Under the pieces are notes generated by a model. It worked only from the letters and a program-made list of their open reading frames with translations. It had not been told where the DNA came from and searched no databases. Positions 24,728 through 36,597 of a stretch of DNA of 64,000 bases are shown in pieces (position 1 is the first letter of the stretch; the number at the start of each line of letters is the position of its first letter). Source of the stretch: Dudresnaya verticillata (lineage: Eukaryota). The stretch is from assembly GCA_977862235.1 (NCBI GenBank), contig OZ374561.1, positions 682,001 to 746,000 of the forward strand, given 5' to 3'. Position numbers and translations under genes: made by a program.

Positions 24728-26669
24728 AAGCGATATATCATCTTCGGGATTCAAACGATTAGTTTTCAAGAACTGTTGCTCACTATCGATATCGATATTT
24801 TTAGTGAGGTGGGTAGAAGGCTTGTTTTTCGTAGCGCCAACTACCAAGATGTTTGTTGGAATCATGAAAAGGCTATGCACACTCTCTAGCCAAGCAGTGA
24901 AGTGACTCCACAGAATTGAAGCAAGCGGCATAAAATCCATGCAGGAATTAGACAGCGCTTATTGTTTGTTGTTCCACCTTGAGACCGGGGGCTCGGTGAT
25001 TAAAGTGACGATAAGGTAACGATATCTCGAGAACGAGCAATGCTCTAATTTTTGCTCAGGGTCATTTCGAGCACTGCGTTGATCTTCACTGTCCATCGTA
25101 GTAGTAAAAGGCTGTCGCCAAGGGCTTGCAGGCTGAGAAACGACCCCCAAGTGCCAACGTGATGAGCGGTGTCAAGCGAGTATGAATTTGAGTCTGTGGC
25201 ATCGATTGCAGTGGATTACATGATCTGGATTGTGTGCGAATTGCTCTCGACCGTACTTCCAATCCTTGTTGGAGAGCGGGAAGCAAGCCTTGGCTACAAG
25301 GTTTGTGGAGGAAAAGAGGACCGGAGTTTTTAGACTGTTTTTTTTCTGGAACTGGTTTGGAGCTTGCAAATGCTGTGCACTCTATAAGTTGAACAATGTA
25401 CGTTCAGGAGGCTCCAATGCAGCGTGGGAACAAACGATGGTTAGAACTAAGACTGTGTACCGCAACAGCCAAGAAAATTTGTTACTGTTATTTTTCTGTG
25501 ACATTGGACTGGACCTTGCTAAGAGTAACTGTGCTACAATATCGGTAAACCCGTTTCCATTAATGAGTAGCGCGTCCACGGTGTTCAGGTGGATGGCTTG
25601 TGTCACAAGAATGAGAACAGCAGCATTAAGCGCACGCGGCAGGGCTTCGTGCTAGAACATGTTGCGAGCACACTTAGTGGTGTTATGGTAGATGTACAAC
25701 AGAACGACATATCGATACGGCACAACCATATATATGACGAAGGGCTTTTGTTTCTTGGCAAAAGGAGTTGCTCAATTGATGGATTGCACCATCGAGGCTG
25801 TACTGTAGAGCAATCTCTATTGCATGCATTACCGCAACTGGTGTGCGCAGAACAATTGTGACGTCTTGCTTGTGCCGAGGACTGCCTCACGGATACTCCA
25901 GAGCAAATGTACAGAGAGGCGCCTTTCCGAACTGCTCCAAGTACGTTCTTTTCAACCTTACGATATTGTTGAGGGCTCAAGAAATTCACGGAGAGCGCAT
26001 CTGGTTGGTCCCTGCGAGCCTATTCTATATTGGTAGTCTTTCATTGATCAGAGCAGGCCCAATGCATGTTCTAGCCCGGCGGGCCCTGCTGATAAATGCA
26101 GCGACTCACACGCGGCGCGTCGCCTTACGCTATGTTCAGTACAACTGGATGCGCAGCATTGTCGACAGCCACCCCCACGAGTTCCCCTCGAGCCGTTTAT
26201 TCGCATTCCCGCTCGGCCTGCCGACCACCAGAAGGAAACCAAGACTGCACCGCCTCCCACTGCATAGTAAGTTTCTGCATAAATCACTCGTCTCTCCGTA
26301 CCCCTCGAACTTGATACTCCCCACTGTCAGTCAAGCCGCCATCGCATCGGCGGGCTAGCTCAACCTGCAGACGGCCGGAAACAAGCCAAGACAACAGCGC
26401 CTGCTACTATACAGCTACCTTCGGCATAAATCCCTCGCCTCTCCATAGCTCGGCAACCTCGTACTTCCCACCGCCAGCCGTGCTGCCATCGCGCCAGTGT
26501 GTTATGCAAAGGAGAGCCTCGGCTCTGTCAGTCGTTCCGTCACCCGTTTCCACCCACCTGCGACGCGCCGCTTCCTGCACGTCCGCCAGTCCCGCGTACC
26601 CTACTCATCTTTGGCTACGGCATGCCGCAGCTCCCTCGCTCGTACTCGTACTCGGTTGATATCTCCAGA

Positions 26670-27893
26670 ATGAAGCTCCCCACTGCTGTCCTTGCCCTGC
26701 TGCTCGTCTCATTGTTTGTCGTGTCACAATCGGCTGTTACCTCGTCGCACTCCTCAGCTACTGAAACTGCCCGGAGCTCCCTCTTCCAGGAGACGGCCGA
26801 GACTGTCGAGGATGTTCCTGTCCGCGCAGATAACGGTCCCGTCCCGATTACCACCCGCTCGTCAACCCCCATTCTGGAACAACCCGTGGAAGAGCGCAGC
26901 CACGATGTGTCCAAGCTTAGCCCCCCGAACAGGCGCTTGCAGAAGAAGAGGATTCTCGTCTCTGGCGGTGCGGGCTTCATCGGCAGTCATCTTGTTGACA
27001 GGCTCATGGATGAAGGTCACATGGTCATTGTTGTTGACTCGCTCTTCACTGGTAAGAAGAGCAACCTCGAGCGCCACTTCAACAACCCGCGTTTTGAGTT
27101 CATTCGTCAGGATGTCATTGAACCACTCTACGTCGAGATTGATCAAATCTATCATCTCGCCTGCCCAGCATCTCCGATTCATTACAAGTACAATCCCATT
27201 CATACCTTGAAGACGAGCTTCATGGGCACGTACAACCTGCTTGGTTTGGCGAAGCGAACCAATGCACGCTTTCTCATCACTTCCACATCCGAGGTATATG
27301 GAGACCCCCTGGAACATCCTCAGGTTGAGTCATACTGGGGCAACGTCAACCCGATTGGCGAGCGTTCGTGCTACGATGAGGGCAAGCGTGTAGCAGAGAC
27401 ACTGTGCTATGACTTCAAGCGCCAAAACGGTGTCGATATCAGAATAGCTCGCATTTTCAACACCTACGGGCCACGGATGGCCTTGAACGACGGTCGAGTC
27501 GTCTCTAACTTCGTGGGGCAGGCTCTACGGGGTGAGAAGCTCACTGTTCAGGGTTCTGGCAATCAAACAAGGTCTTTCTGCTATGTGTCGGACCAAGTCG
27601 ACGGCCTCATCAAGCTCATGAACACCGAGGGGGTTGAGGGACCTGTGAACATTGGTAATCCGCATGAGTTCACAATTCGCGAGCTTGCAGACGTTGTCAA
27701 GCGCTCTGTAGAACCAGGTCTTGAGATTACCTATACTCCCCTCACTCCGGATGACCCGAAGAAGAGAAAGCCAGACATCTCCAAGGCACAGAATGTGCTC
27801 GGATGGGAACCGAGTGTTCAGCTTGCAGATGGTCTAAAACTAATGGCCGTGAACTTCAAGGAGCGCATCAAGAATGGCGATGACGGCTGGTGA
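26670..27893 (+). CDS. UXS: UDP-glucuronic acid decarboxylase (UDP-xylose synthase) with an N-terminal signal/anchor; alternative start at 26622
   Basis: [75 protein letters not shown]; hydrophobic [19 protein letters not shown]-terminus. Confidence 0.95.
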   Translation: MKLPTAVLALLLVSLFVVSQSAVTSSHSSATETARSSLFQETAETVEDVPVRADNGPVPITTRSSTPILEQPVEERSHDVSKLSPPNRRLQKKRILVSGGAGFIGSHLVDRLMDEGHMVIVVDSLFTGKKSNLERHFNNPRFEFIRQDVIEPLYVEIDQIYHLACPASPIHYKYNPIHTLKTSFMGTYNLLGLAKRTNARFLITSTSEVYGDPLEHPQVESYWGNVNPIGERSCYDEGKRVAETLCYDFKRQNGVDIRIARIFNTYGPRMALNDGRVVSNFVGQALRGEKLTVQGSGNQTRSFCYVSDQVDGLIKLMNTEGVEGPVNIGNPHEFTIRELADVVKRSVEPGLEITYTPLTPDDPKKRKPDISKAQNVLGWEPSVQLADGLKLMAVNFKERIKNGDDGW

Positions 27894-28035
27894 TCCCTTC
27901 CTCGAGCTGCAGTGGTCAGTACCTTTCCATTGTTATAAAGTTATAAAACATAGCTCATAGGACCCCACGCCATTCCAGGCTTCTGCTCATCTTGCTCGCT
28001 TGTCAATGTTGCATGGCTAGCTCCATCGGCGCCGT

Positions 28036-29304
28036 TCACGAAATTTTGCTAGGGCGCACATCAAAACGAGAGCGGCGGGTCCTAGGTTGAGCAGGCAACG
28101 CAGTTCGGCTGTTCAGCGCCTCAGGTCTCAAATCTTCCTGAGGCAAATGAGGCAACTCGTTCTGTAAAGTTCTGTCCCTGTTATGACCATCTTCGCTGGC
28201 TTGGACGTTGCGACTGTTGCTTGGTCGATGGCGCTTAGAAAATCCCTGGCCTTGGGGATTCTTTCTTTTCAAAGACAATGGCGTTGGCGCCCTTGTTCTC
28301 CGTGCATCGTTCCAAAGCTTGCTGACTGACTGCGAGAAGTCGACACGAATCCTTCTATCGTCAATTAAAGCGCCATCCATCTTGAAGTATGCGCTCTCGC
28401 ACTGAGATTTGTTATCAAATTCAATGAATCCGTAGCACAAAGACGCACCTGAGCTTCTGTCACGTAGAATGTCTGCCTTGCACTCCCCGAAACGCGAAAA
28501 GATAATCTCTAGATCTTCTGCCTCTGTCACAGGATTGAGCTTGCAAATGAACAACACGTTCTCTGGGGGTTTCAAGTCGGCGTCACCAATGTCACCTATC
28601 ATTTCAAGGACCTCTGCACGAGATCTCGCTTCGCGCTCGTCTTCCGCGTGTTGGATACGGTTCCTCCGCTCCTCGTCATTTTCGTCACGATCCTCATCCT
28701 CATCCTCATCAGAACCTAGACGGTCTCCGCGAGAACCCTGTGCGGGTTCTGGAGAGGCGCAATCCGTGGGGAGCCCGTCTGGGTCATCAAATGGATCATG
28801 TAGAATAATAGTATGGCGAATGCGTATAAGTCGATATGGCTGAAATTTGTCGTCCACAAGGGCTTCACCAATCTTATCCACAACATTCATCCCCTCTGCA
28901 ATATGTCCGAACACAGTGTGCTCTGCATCAAGGTAGTTCAAACCATCCGACAACGTGACAAAAAATTGGCTCCCATGTCCCTTCTTTCCATCTACGATAG
29001 CGGTCTCTGAGCCGACCATCGAAACAGTCCCCTTTTTTGAATGTTTTGCGCCAGCCGCTCTCTCTGGTCCAAAGAACTTTCGCCCTGGTGGAGTGCATCT
29101 CGCGAAGACACTTGCACCTCCGCTGCCGGTATTAGTCGGGTCGCCAGTTTGCGCAATAAAGCCCTTTTGAACGCGGAAGAATTCACAGTCGTTGTAGTAC
29201 TTTATGCTGCAAAGCTTGATGAAGTTCATGCACGCGGTCGGGGCGAATTCCGGGTACACGTCAATGACAATATCGCCATATGACGTCTCCAGGAGAACGC
29301 TCAT
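28036..29304 (-). CDS. PPIL4: Cyclophilin-type PPIase with RRM (CYP59/PPIL4/Rct1 orthologue), 422 aa
   Basis: MSVLLETSYGDIVID, NFIKLC, IRIRHTIILHDPFDDP, LEMIGDIGDADLKPPENVLFICKLNPVT and RRIRVDFSQSVSK are characteristic of PPIL4/CYP59. Confidence 0.93.
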   Translation of the reverse strand: MSVLLETSYGDIVIDVYPEFAPTACMNFIKLCSIKYYNDCEFFRVQKGFIAQTGDPTNTGSGGASVFARCTPPGRKFFGPERAAGAKHSKKGTVSMVGSETAIVDGKKGHGSQFFVTLSDGLNYLDAEHTVFGHIAEGMNVVDKIGEALVDDKFQPYRLIRIRHTIILHDPFDDPDGLPTDCASPEPAQGSRGDRLGSDEDEDEDRDENDEERRNRIQHAEDEREARSRAEVLEMIGDIGDADLKPPENVLFICKLNPVTEAEDLEIIFSRFGECKADILRDRSSGASLCYGFIEFDNKSQCESAYFKMDGALIDDRRIRVDFSQSVSKLWNDARRTRAPTPLSLKRKNPQGQGFSKRHRPSNSRNVQASEDGHNRDRTLQNELPHLPQEDLRPEALNSRTALPAQPRTRRSRFDVRPSKIS

Positions 29305-29875
29305 GCGTTCCAGCACTCTGTGCTTCTTGTAAGAGCTTGGCGACTGCTTTTGGATGTTATGGGGAAGGTTTGGTAAGGTCTTTCGGTGGAGGTGAGATGA
29401 AGTGCCGGCACTGGTGCTGTTGGACTCACTCAGGGAGCACGGCTTGACGAGGCATGAGTTTCTGGAAGAATGTTGTCCTTCAGCTGGTGGACAAAAACGG
29501 GACCTTCAAAAAAGGTCGCTTCGTAATGAAACTGAAATTTAGTAGAATTTTTGAGTTTGTAGGTACAGGTCGACAACAGCAGTATGTTTGAAAACAAGGT
29601 TCACATCGTGCCCCAAGTCTGAGCCCGACTGCGTTTCCGCCTTCGTCGGCAAGCGCCCTTGTGGTTAGCACTTCTTGAGCTCTACATCCTTGGCAATTGT
29701 TGCGCTCTTAACGATGCCCTCGCTTTCTGTGCTCAGGATTCTGGCAGTGCATCCTTTCCGCATTACCGGACCCAAGCCTTTCCCTTCGACTAGACAGCCG
29801 TTCGATGCTCACAACCTTCCATTCACGTGATTTCGTTTCCGAGGTTCAGAACAAAGCACTTCCTCGACATCCCAC

Positions 29876-32800
29876 ATGCATTTTCCTTATAGCGTTTCGC
29901 CCCCGACATGGACAAGCAACGGTCTCTACTCGATGAGCACCCGCCCGTTTCTCGCTGTTCACCGTCACAACTACGGCAGAATCCCGCGATTGTTCCCTGT
30001 GCACACCTACGCGGAGCAGCTGCATCCCCCTTGTCACTTGTTCGATAAGCGTGAATTTGATGGAGGGTGGCAGCATCGCCGAAAGTTTACCAAGGCGAGG
30101 GCGGTTTTGGCACCTGATGCACCACAGGCCTTAATGATGACTTCGCCTGGCGTCTCTGATGCGGAAAAGACTTCAACCACGGTTGCAAGGAGCGGGCCGT
30201 TTGCCGACTTCTTTGAAAACGATTTCTTGCAGATCAATGACAATGCATGTTCTGCTATGAAGGAGACGAGGAACCTGCAGCGGCATGCATGGCGGTCAGT
30301 CAACGCAAACACGGCCGCTCCGCCATCCGTAGCACCAGACTGCGTGTTGGACTCTCTCCTTAGTGAAAGTATTCAATATCAATCGGAGTACCAGGCCCTA
30401 ATGGGCACCTGGTCATACCCGGAGCCGAACTCACTAAGTTGGCCAGGTACAGGAAACCCATTGTCGATTGTGCGCATCGGCACTGAGCGAGCCGTTGTAT
30501 GCGCCCTAACAGGCTCTCTTGAATCTGTTGCAGTTTACGACTTGAAGACGAGCACAGATCCCGAAGACAGTCATGTGCAACGGCTTGCTCGAAGAGGGGT
30601 TGTTGCCCCGGTTGCAAATGCCCTTGCACATGAGATGAGTCCGGTTACGGATATTGTTGCTTCTGATTGGGACGATGGGAGTATGGAGCCTTGCAGAGCT
30701 CTAATCGCAACGAAGAAGACTCTTAGTTTTGTCAACATTGCGACACATGCGCGTGAACCGACATGTGAATGGGCGGATCACTTTCCGTTTCCTACTACTC
30801 TTTCTTGCTCTCTGAATCCTCTATACCCAGCAGAGTTTGCTGCCTTGTCTCGGGAGGGCCTATTTTTCGGAACTGCAGAGGAATTCCTTGCAAGGTGTAA
30901 TGGCGCCGAGGGGTGGCATGAGGGTTTCTGTGACGTACAGGTAATTGAACCGGCTTGTTGGTACAACAGAGTATACTACGGAGCACACCCTCGCACGTTG
31001 TTGGTCTCCAGCCGTCGGGAGATAACCCGTTTCGACACGCGAACAAAAGTGGACCTTCCTTCCAGGGATATCTTGTTCAACGTAAAGGAGGATTGGAACC
31101 TTCCTGAGTATGATAGATTTGTGTCGTTCTTCCAGCCTCTCTGCTCAAGGAGCCACATGGCGATCGTGGGAACGCAAACATGCATGAACTACTGCGATCT
31201 CAGGATGCCAAAGCATCCAATACTTGACTGGAGCATTTCACTCCCACTACCTATTGAGCAGGTATGTGTTGCCAGCTTGGATTTGCAACAGCCGCGGTCT
31301 GAGGTCATAGCTTTGGCATCTCGACGTCAGTGCTACCTTGAGGTGCTCCATGCTGTCCATGGATTTAACCAAGCAGATACCGGCTTTGAATCCCTGATTC
31401 CTCAGAAGAGCGAAAGCGCGGGAAGAAGGCCCTGGAAAGCACCGTCAGTTGCCTGTGCTTCTGTCCTGTGGTCAGATCTTCCCCTAGCCCACCTACAGCA
31501 GCTTAAGGGATCCGCGCCAATATCTGGTATGGGCCTTCTCCCATTGAACCATGATAAGCAGTTTTCTCTTTTGCAGTGGTCACCAGAAGACGGATTGATT
31601 GGGCAGTTGATCACAGTAGAGCCAAGAGAAGATGGAGAATCTGTATTTGAGCGGCAAATACCTGTCAACGGAAGGCTGATGGATAGCTCAACCAACATGG
31701 CTAACTTTCAGAGAAGGCTGCTTGCATGTGGTGAGTACAAAAATGCGCCCAGTATGCGCCATCCAGTCTCAAAATGCATAGGAGCATCTCTCCTACTGGA
31801 TTCGAAGAAGCTGTATCGTGGGGATGCAGTTCGGCTCCGAGAGAGAGTTTTTAAAGATGGCGATGATGATGTTGACGTGAAGGGAAGGACAAGATTCCCG
31901 CGGGTGTTCTTGAAGGATCTTCCCAGAGTGGTTGAATTGCGGAAGAAAACCGAAACTGAGCAGCACGAAGGGGGAACGGATGGCAACGATTCTGCGGATC
32001 CTGCTAGTAAGAAAGAAAGTACCGTAGGAAACGAGGACAATGGGAAGGGTGTCATGGATGCGCCTTTATCGGGACGAGCAGAAAGCCGGTTGTCCCAGCG
32101 CTCAGATGATGAGTCTGGAGATCGGATAGAACGTAACGAGGAAAAGGGTGCAGGCGACTGTGCGGCGAACGGAAAGCATCAATGGAACGGGAATGGCCGA
32201 ACCAAAGGGCAGCCGGTACGAAAGCGATTGCGCACGATATGTGGCTCTCAGGACAGAAGGGCTCAATCTGTTACTGCGAAGGCTGTTCGCATGTCTACCC
32301 GAAGTCGTTCCCCGGTTGCGGCCAGCGGCAAGTCTGATTCGAGTTCAAGCACGGATTCCAAAAATGATTCACTGAGTGGTGAACGTAAGGATCGCAAAAT
32401 TGTGACGTCGAACCGGGGTACTACTGGACAAATCACTCTTCCGCCGCCACGAGCACAATGTGCAGGGAGCCAAGGAGCCCGGCTGATGGAGACACAGGCC
32501 TCTGCAAATAGATTCCCAGAGTCATCATCTTCGTCTGGAGGCTCATCGGGGTCGAGTGCATCGGGTTCATCATCGGGGAGCAGTAGTTCTTCGCCGCGTG
32601 AAGGAGGCGAAGACGAGTCTGACTTGTTGCAGGCAATCGGGCACGGAAAGACGCTTGGTGAAATCGGACGAATCGTGCGGGCTGGAATGGCGCATTCTGC
32701 TACGCCACTCGGCCCGGGTGAGTTACGTCGGGCAGTGGAGGAGAGCGAGGGGGTTGGGTGGTATGATGTTGAATGGCATGCGGGGTGCTCGGCGGACCAT

Positions 32801-32998
32801 AGCAGGATGAAGACCGCGGTTACGACCGATGGGGATATACCGGATTGGGTTTGTACAAGGGTGTATTCTACAGACGAAGTGAATGAAGCAGAACGTTTGG
32901 AAAGCTCTACAGTCGACCCCGTGTCGAGATATGGGAGGCTTCTCCGCCGGATGAAGCATCATTTCTTCGGGGACGAGGGCGGCGCGCAGAAGAAATAA
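29876..32998 (+). CDS. TAF1C: TAF1C/Rrn6-like RNA polymerase I core-factor subunit (beta-propeller), 1040 aa
   Basis: Long single-exon ORF. YYGAHPRTLLVSSRREITRFDTR and DLRMPKHPILDW resemble conserved TAF1C/Rrn6 blocks; MHFP start; low-complexity Ser-rich C-terminal insert. Confidence 0.65.
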   Translation: MHFPYSVSPPTWTSNGLYSMSTRPFLAVHRHNYGRIPRLFPVHTYAEQLHPPCHLFDKREFDGGWQHRRKFTKARAVLAPDAPQALMMTSPGVSDAEKTSTTVARSGPFADFFENDFLQINDNACSAMKETRNLQRHAWRSVNANTAAPPSVAPDCVLDSLLSESIQYQSEYQALMGTWSYPEPNSLSWPGTGNPLSIVRIGTERAVVCALTGSLESVAVYDLKTSTDPEDSHVQRLARRGVVAPVANALAHEMSPVTDIVASDWDDGSMEPCRALIATKKTLSFVNIATHAREPTCEWADHFPFPTTLSCSLNPLYPAEFAALSREGLFFGTAEEFLARCNGAEGWHEGFCDVQVIEPACWYNRVYYGAHPRTLLVSSRREITRFDTRTKVDLPSRDILFNVKEDWNLPEYDRFVSFFQPLCSRSHMAIVGTQTCMNYCDLRMPKHPILDWSISLPLPIEQVCVASLDLQQPRSEVIALASRRQCYLEVLHAVHGFNQADTGFESLIPQKSESAGRRPWKAPSVACASVLWSDLPLAHLQQLKGSAPISGMGLLPLNHDKQFSLLQWSPEDGLIGQLITVEPREDGESVFERQIPVNGRLMDSSTNMANFQRRLLACGEYKNAPSMRHPVSKCIGASLLLDSKKLYRGDAVRLRERVFKDGDDDVDVKGRTRFPRVFLKDLPRVVELRKKTETEQHEGGTDGNDSADPASKKESTVGNEDNGKGVMDAPLSGRAESRLSQRSDDESGDRIERNEEKGAGDCAANGKHQWNGNGRTKGQPVRKRLRTICGSQDRRAQSVTAKAVRMSTRSRSPVAASGKSDSSSSTDSKNDSLSGERKDRKIVTSNRGTTGQITLPPPRAQCAGSQGARLMETQASANRFPESSSSSGGSSGSSASGSSSGSSSSSPREGGEDESDLLQAIGHGKTLGEIGRIVRAGMAHSATPLGPGELRRAVEESEGVGWYDVEWHAGCSADHSRMKTAVTTDGDIPDWVCTRVYSTDEVNEAERLESSTVDPVSRYGRLLRRMKHHFFGDEGGAQKK

Positions 32999-33506
32999 AG
33001 GTTCGATGTAGAGTTGAGCAGAAGAAGGAACGATGGCGCTCCACTTGGTACAGCTGTATCCGTCTCTGTGCTGTTGGTATTGCGAACGCGTGGAAGTGGT
33101 TCAGGTTGCGCTAGTGTAAAGACATACATGTAAACGTCATGCAATCGAAGTGTCGCTGCGCAGCTTGTAGACAGCCCGCTACACGGAAAGTTCCGTAGAC
33201 ATACGACAGGGACGTCAGTCGTGGTTGATTGCCGATACAGTAGTTCAGGATTTGGGTCGGCTGCCTTCGCACCTGAACTGTGTGCATCGCCGTTCCAAAC
33301 TGGATGTAAAATATTCAGGTGCTGCTTATCGCTCGAGTGAGCCGCCCGCAACAGTACACCTCACACCTCTACTGGTATTGCGTCGAAAAAGGCTGTGCAA
33401 AGAATCCGCATTGGAATCTGCTCTGAAACATATCGTACAAAATATTGTACCGTAGAAGTGCATTAGAGAAGCAGATGGCCAAAGAGCGCTCACTAACGCA
33501 CCAAAG

Positions 33507-33521
33507 CCAATCGCAACCAAT
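33507..33521 (+). promoter_or_regulatory. Tandem CCAAT boxes 10 bp apart, upstream of the sphingomyelinase-like gene
   Basis: gCCAATcgcaaCCAATca, with a further aaCCAATca at ~33710. Function is inferred. Confidence 0.35.
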
Positions 33522-34133
33522 CAGTGCAGGGGCGTTAATGTTTGGTAAAGTGCTCTGCATCGTCTTGTCCTGCGCGCCTCTTCATAAAGCTTCCTCCGCC
33601 TGCACACCGGCTTTGTGAGGTTGCACTTGCGGCACAGATCGCAGCAATTGGCTTCTGCTGTTGTCCACGACATGGATGGCGGAACGGCCCGCATCAATGC
33701 GCAGCTCAACCAATCAAGCGCGCTTCCAGGAATCCGGTACCGCGTAAATTCTATTCTCCAATTGCAACCGCCAACACCATTCCCCCGCTTGGCCGTCCCA
33801 CCACGTCACCTATGCCGAGCCGGCACAAGGTCGCGCGCCAGAGGTTATCCGCGCAGAACATGAAGCCATGCCCCTCTTCTCTACACATTGCTTCATCTCG
33901 CCACCTTTGCAACGCTCCCATATCGCGCAAGGAGCTCCCCTCTTGTAGAGCCATTCGAAAAAAAAGAGTCACATGTCCGATAGCTGCGCTGCCTGCCTGA
34001 GATAGACGACTGAGTCTGGGATCGCCCTTGCAATCACCCTCAGTCTTGACATTTAGACTCGCGCGTGCAGAGCAGGCTCGGATAGCTTCCTTACCAATAC
34101 GTATCGCTCCCTTGCATCACCTGTGCAACCGCA

Positions 34134-35369
34134 ATGTCGAACAGCCCAAAGGTATCTGCTGCCCCGCACGAAGCAACACCCCTCTTCGAGTTCGACCGCC
34201 CGTCTTCGGACAGTCCACTATCACCCTCCGCATCCTTCGTGCGCCTGAAACCACCGTCGCCACGCGTGTTTCTCCTACTCATTGTTGTCTTCGTCATCAT
34301 CTGTATTTCTTTCGCGCGGCGAAGACCAGTCTACCTGCAACGCCCATCCGCCGCCGAGCCGCTCACACCACGACCAACCTCGGGAGCAGTCGGCAACCAC
34401 ACGCTCTCGGTCAGGATTCTCTCGCTCAACGTCTTCATACGCCCGGTGCTTGTCGGTGTCAAGGACTATAAGGACGCTCGATTGCAAGCCCTCCTGAACA
34501 ACCTTAACGACGTTGACATCGCCTGCTTCCAAGAGCTGTTCTGGACCGCCGGGTCGCGTAAGGCTGCTTTCCTTCGACACGCCGCAGAGCAGCACGGTCT
34601 TATCTATGCTGCGTCTATACCGGTCCCCGGTTTGGCAGGGCTGCAGCGCTTCCCTCCCAAAATTATTGATGGCGGGCTTGTTATTGCGTCGCGTTACCCC
34701 ATCATCGAGGCCGACTATCACACATACACCAAGGCAATCTCTCGCTCAATAGATTACATCGTTGGGAAGGGTGTCTTGTACGCACGTGTGTCGCTCTTCG
34801 CAGACAGACCACAGCGGTATGTCCACGTCTTCACGACTCATTTGCAGGCGAGCAACAACCTGAAAAATGTTCCATTTGACAAGGTTCGTGCGTCGCAGCT
34901 CATTGAGCTTGTGCAATTCGTGCGCGCAAAGACTGTGGATGATCCGCAGGGTGTAGTCTTGCTTGCCGGCGACTTCAACTTTGATGCGAGGTCCGGGTTC
35001 GATGACGCGAGATCCTCTGACGAGTATAGAAGAGCCATGCGCACATTGGAGTCATACCGACCAAACTTCCCAATGAAGGATCTTCTCTACCTTGCCAAGG
35101 GGGAGATGCATCCCGTGACTTCGGCAGGCGGACTGAATGGGCGGACGCAGAAGAACGAGCGACTGGACTACATTTTCTTGAGTTCCGCACAGAGACAACA
35201 CGATGATGTACCACTGGTTGCTCACGCCGTTGAAGAATCCGTCATGGTGGACGAGCTTCGGTTGCAGGAAGCCGGTGGAGGCGGAAGCCTTAAATACGAC
35301 ACTATCAGCGATCACTATGCGCTGCGGGCGGAGATCTTGTTCTCTGAAACCAGGAACCCTCGCGCATAG
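34134..35369 (+). CDS. Endonuclease/exonuclease/phosphatase-family protein, neutral sphingomyelinase/ISC1-like, with N-terminal TM anchor, 411 aa
   Basis: ILSLNVF, CFQELF, DGGLVIASRYPI, DYIVGKGVL, TTHLQA, LAGDFN, RLDYIF and ISDHY catalytic motifs; TM segment VFLLLIVVFVIICISFA. Confidence 0.88.
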   Translation: MSNSPKVSAAPHEATPLFEFDRPSSDSPLSPSASFVRLKPPSPRVFLLLIVVFVIICISFARRRPVYLQRPSAAEPLTPRPTSGAVGNHTLSVRILSLNVFIRPVLVGVKDYKDARLQALLNNLNDVDIACFQELFWTAGSRKAAFLRHAAEQHGLIYAASIPVPGLAGLQRFPPKIIDGGLVIASRYPIIEADYHTYTKAISRSIDYIVGKGVLYARVSLFADRPQRYVHVFTTHLQASNNLKNVPFDKVRASQLIELVQFVRAKTVDDPQGVVLLAGDFNFDARSGFDDARSSDEYRRAMRTLESYRPNFPMKDLLYLAKGEMHPVTSAGGLNGRTQKNERLDYIFLSSAQRQHDDVPLVAHAVEESVMVDELRLQEAGGGGSLKYDTISDHYALRAEILFSETRNPRA

Positions 35370-36597
35370 GTTGACCATGCCTGCCGTCCGCTCAACACGG
35401 CGACAATAAGGGTACGGGTCCGCATTGTTGAAAGTTTTGAAAACCACGAGTGTTTCACTGAGAAGTCCACTGCTTTCGACGAAGTGCAAATCAGCGATGC
35501 GGTTGTAACGATATGGGGCTAGCACCCTATCCGCCCAAAATGTTCTCCTTCTACGTCACTTGTAAACTGCTGCATAACACACAATAAACACCAACGGCGA
35601 ATAGAGCACAAGGTCTTTTTGCTTTTCTCGCTTTATCCGGCGCTCGATGAAGAATTGTTGCACGGGGATGCAGCGGCCTAGACCCGATTAGGGTGGGACC
35701 AGAGGCCATGGTTCTCCGCGTTACCAACTCCTTGTTGCAGACAAACACAATCACTGACTTGGCTGGGTGCCCGCTTACGCATTTCCAATTGTGTGTGGCC
35801 CCTTTCCGCGGTGTCGCACAGAATTTTGGCCGTCAGTCGCTTCGTCCGACATCCACATCCTCAATCTCTACAAACGATGGAAAACGCGTTGAGAGGGTTG
35901 AGAGAAAACATATTTCGTTGCGGTTGCCGCTGGTAGGGAAGCATGTCATTTTTGTCAGCATTTGCTCTACGTTTGCAGCATGCTAAAGGGTTGAGGGCTA
36001 GAAAGGAGCTTGGGGGGTTCTGTTGTAGTGTTGGATCCGTCGAAGCCGGCTGTTCACGTTGCGAGGTTGCAAGGCAACGCTGGTGGCGCTTTCTCATGTT
36101 CTGCCTTCTGGGCTGCTGGAAGAGCACAGATGCTGGGGTGGCACCAGCGAACGAAACTCTTTAGATGGAGTTCGAATATATTACAGTCGGGGTGATCCGG
36201 TGTAGGCTCAGTTGGGCTCTTTCGAGTTTCGACGTTTCGACTCCAAACTTGCCATGCCCTGCATTACAGCTCCTCTGCTACGTGGCAGTTGAGCAGTTTG
36301 TCGAGCTTGATTGATCTCCCTCGTGAAGTTCACGAGCGGAACACATCTGGCACTATCGATGTCCAAGTCGCCGTTGCCATGCCAGTGCAAAGCGGGTCGA
36401 TGACCACCCCCAACAGCTGAAACCCTGCACCTCACTTGTCTGGCTAGACACTCACAGAAATTTTTTTCCCGTTCTCTCCCCCACATTACACATGTTGTGA
36501 TTTGCGGTTCGTACCTATCAAGTGCAGCAACTTTTCGCGACGGGCTCGCACTCTCCACTCCTGAGCTCCACACCCCCATCAACAGACTCCCGGCATC

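Noticed and set aside
7200..33010. GGTTCGA T-loop-like words (e.g. ~7206, ~14040, ~14560, ~33000) as possible tRNAs
   Set aside because: No acceptor, D or anticodon stems can be built around them. No tRNA, rRNA or spliceosomal snRNA was recognised in the window.
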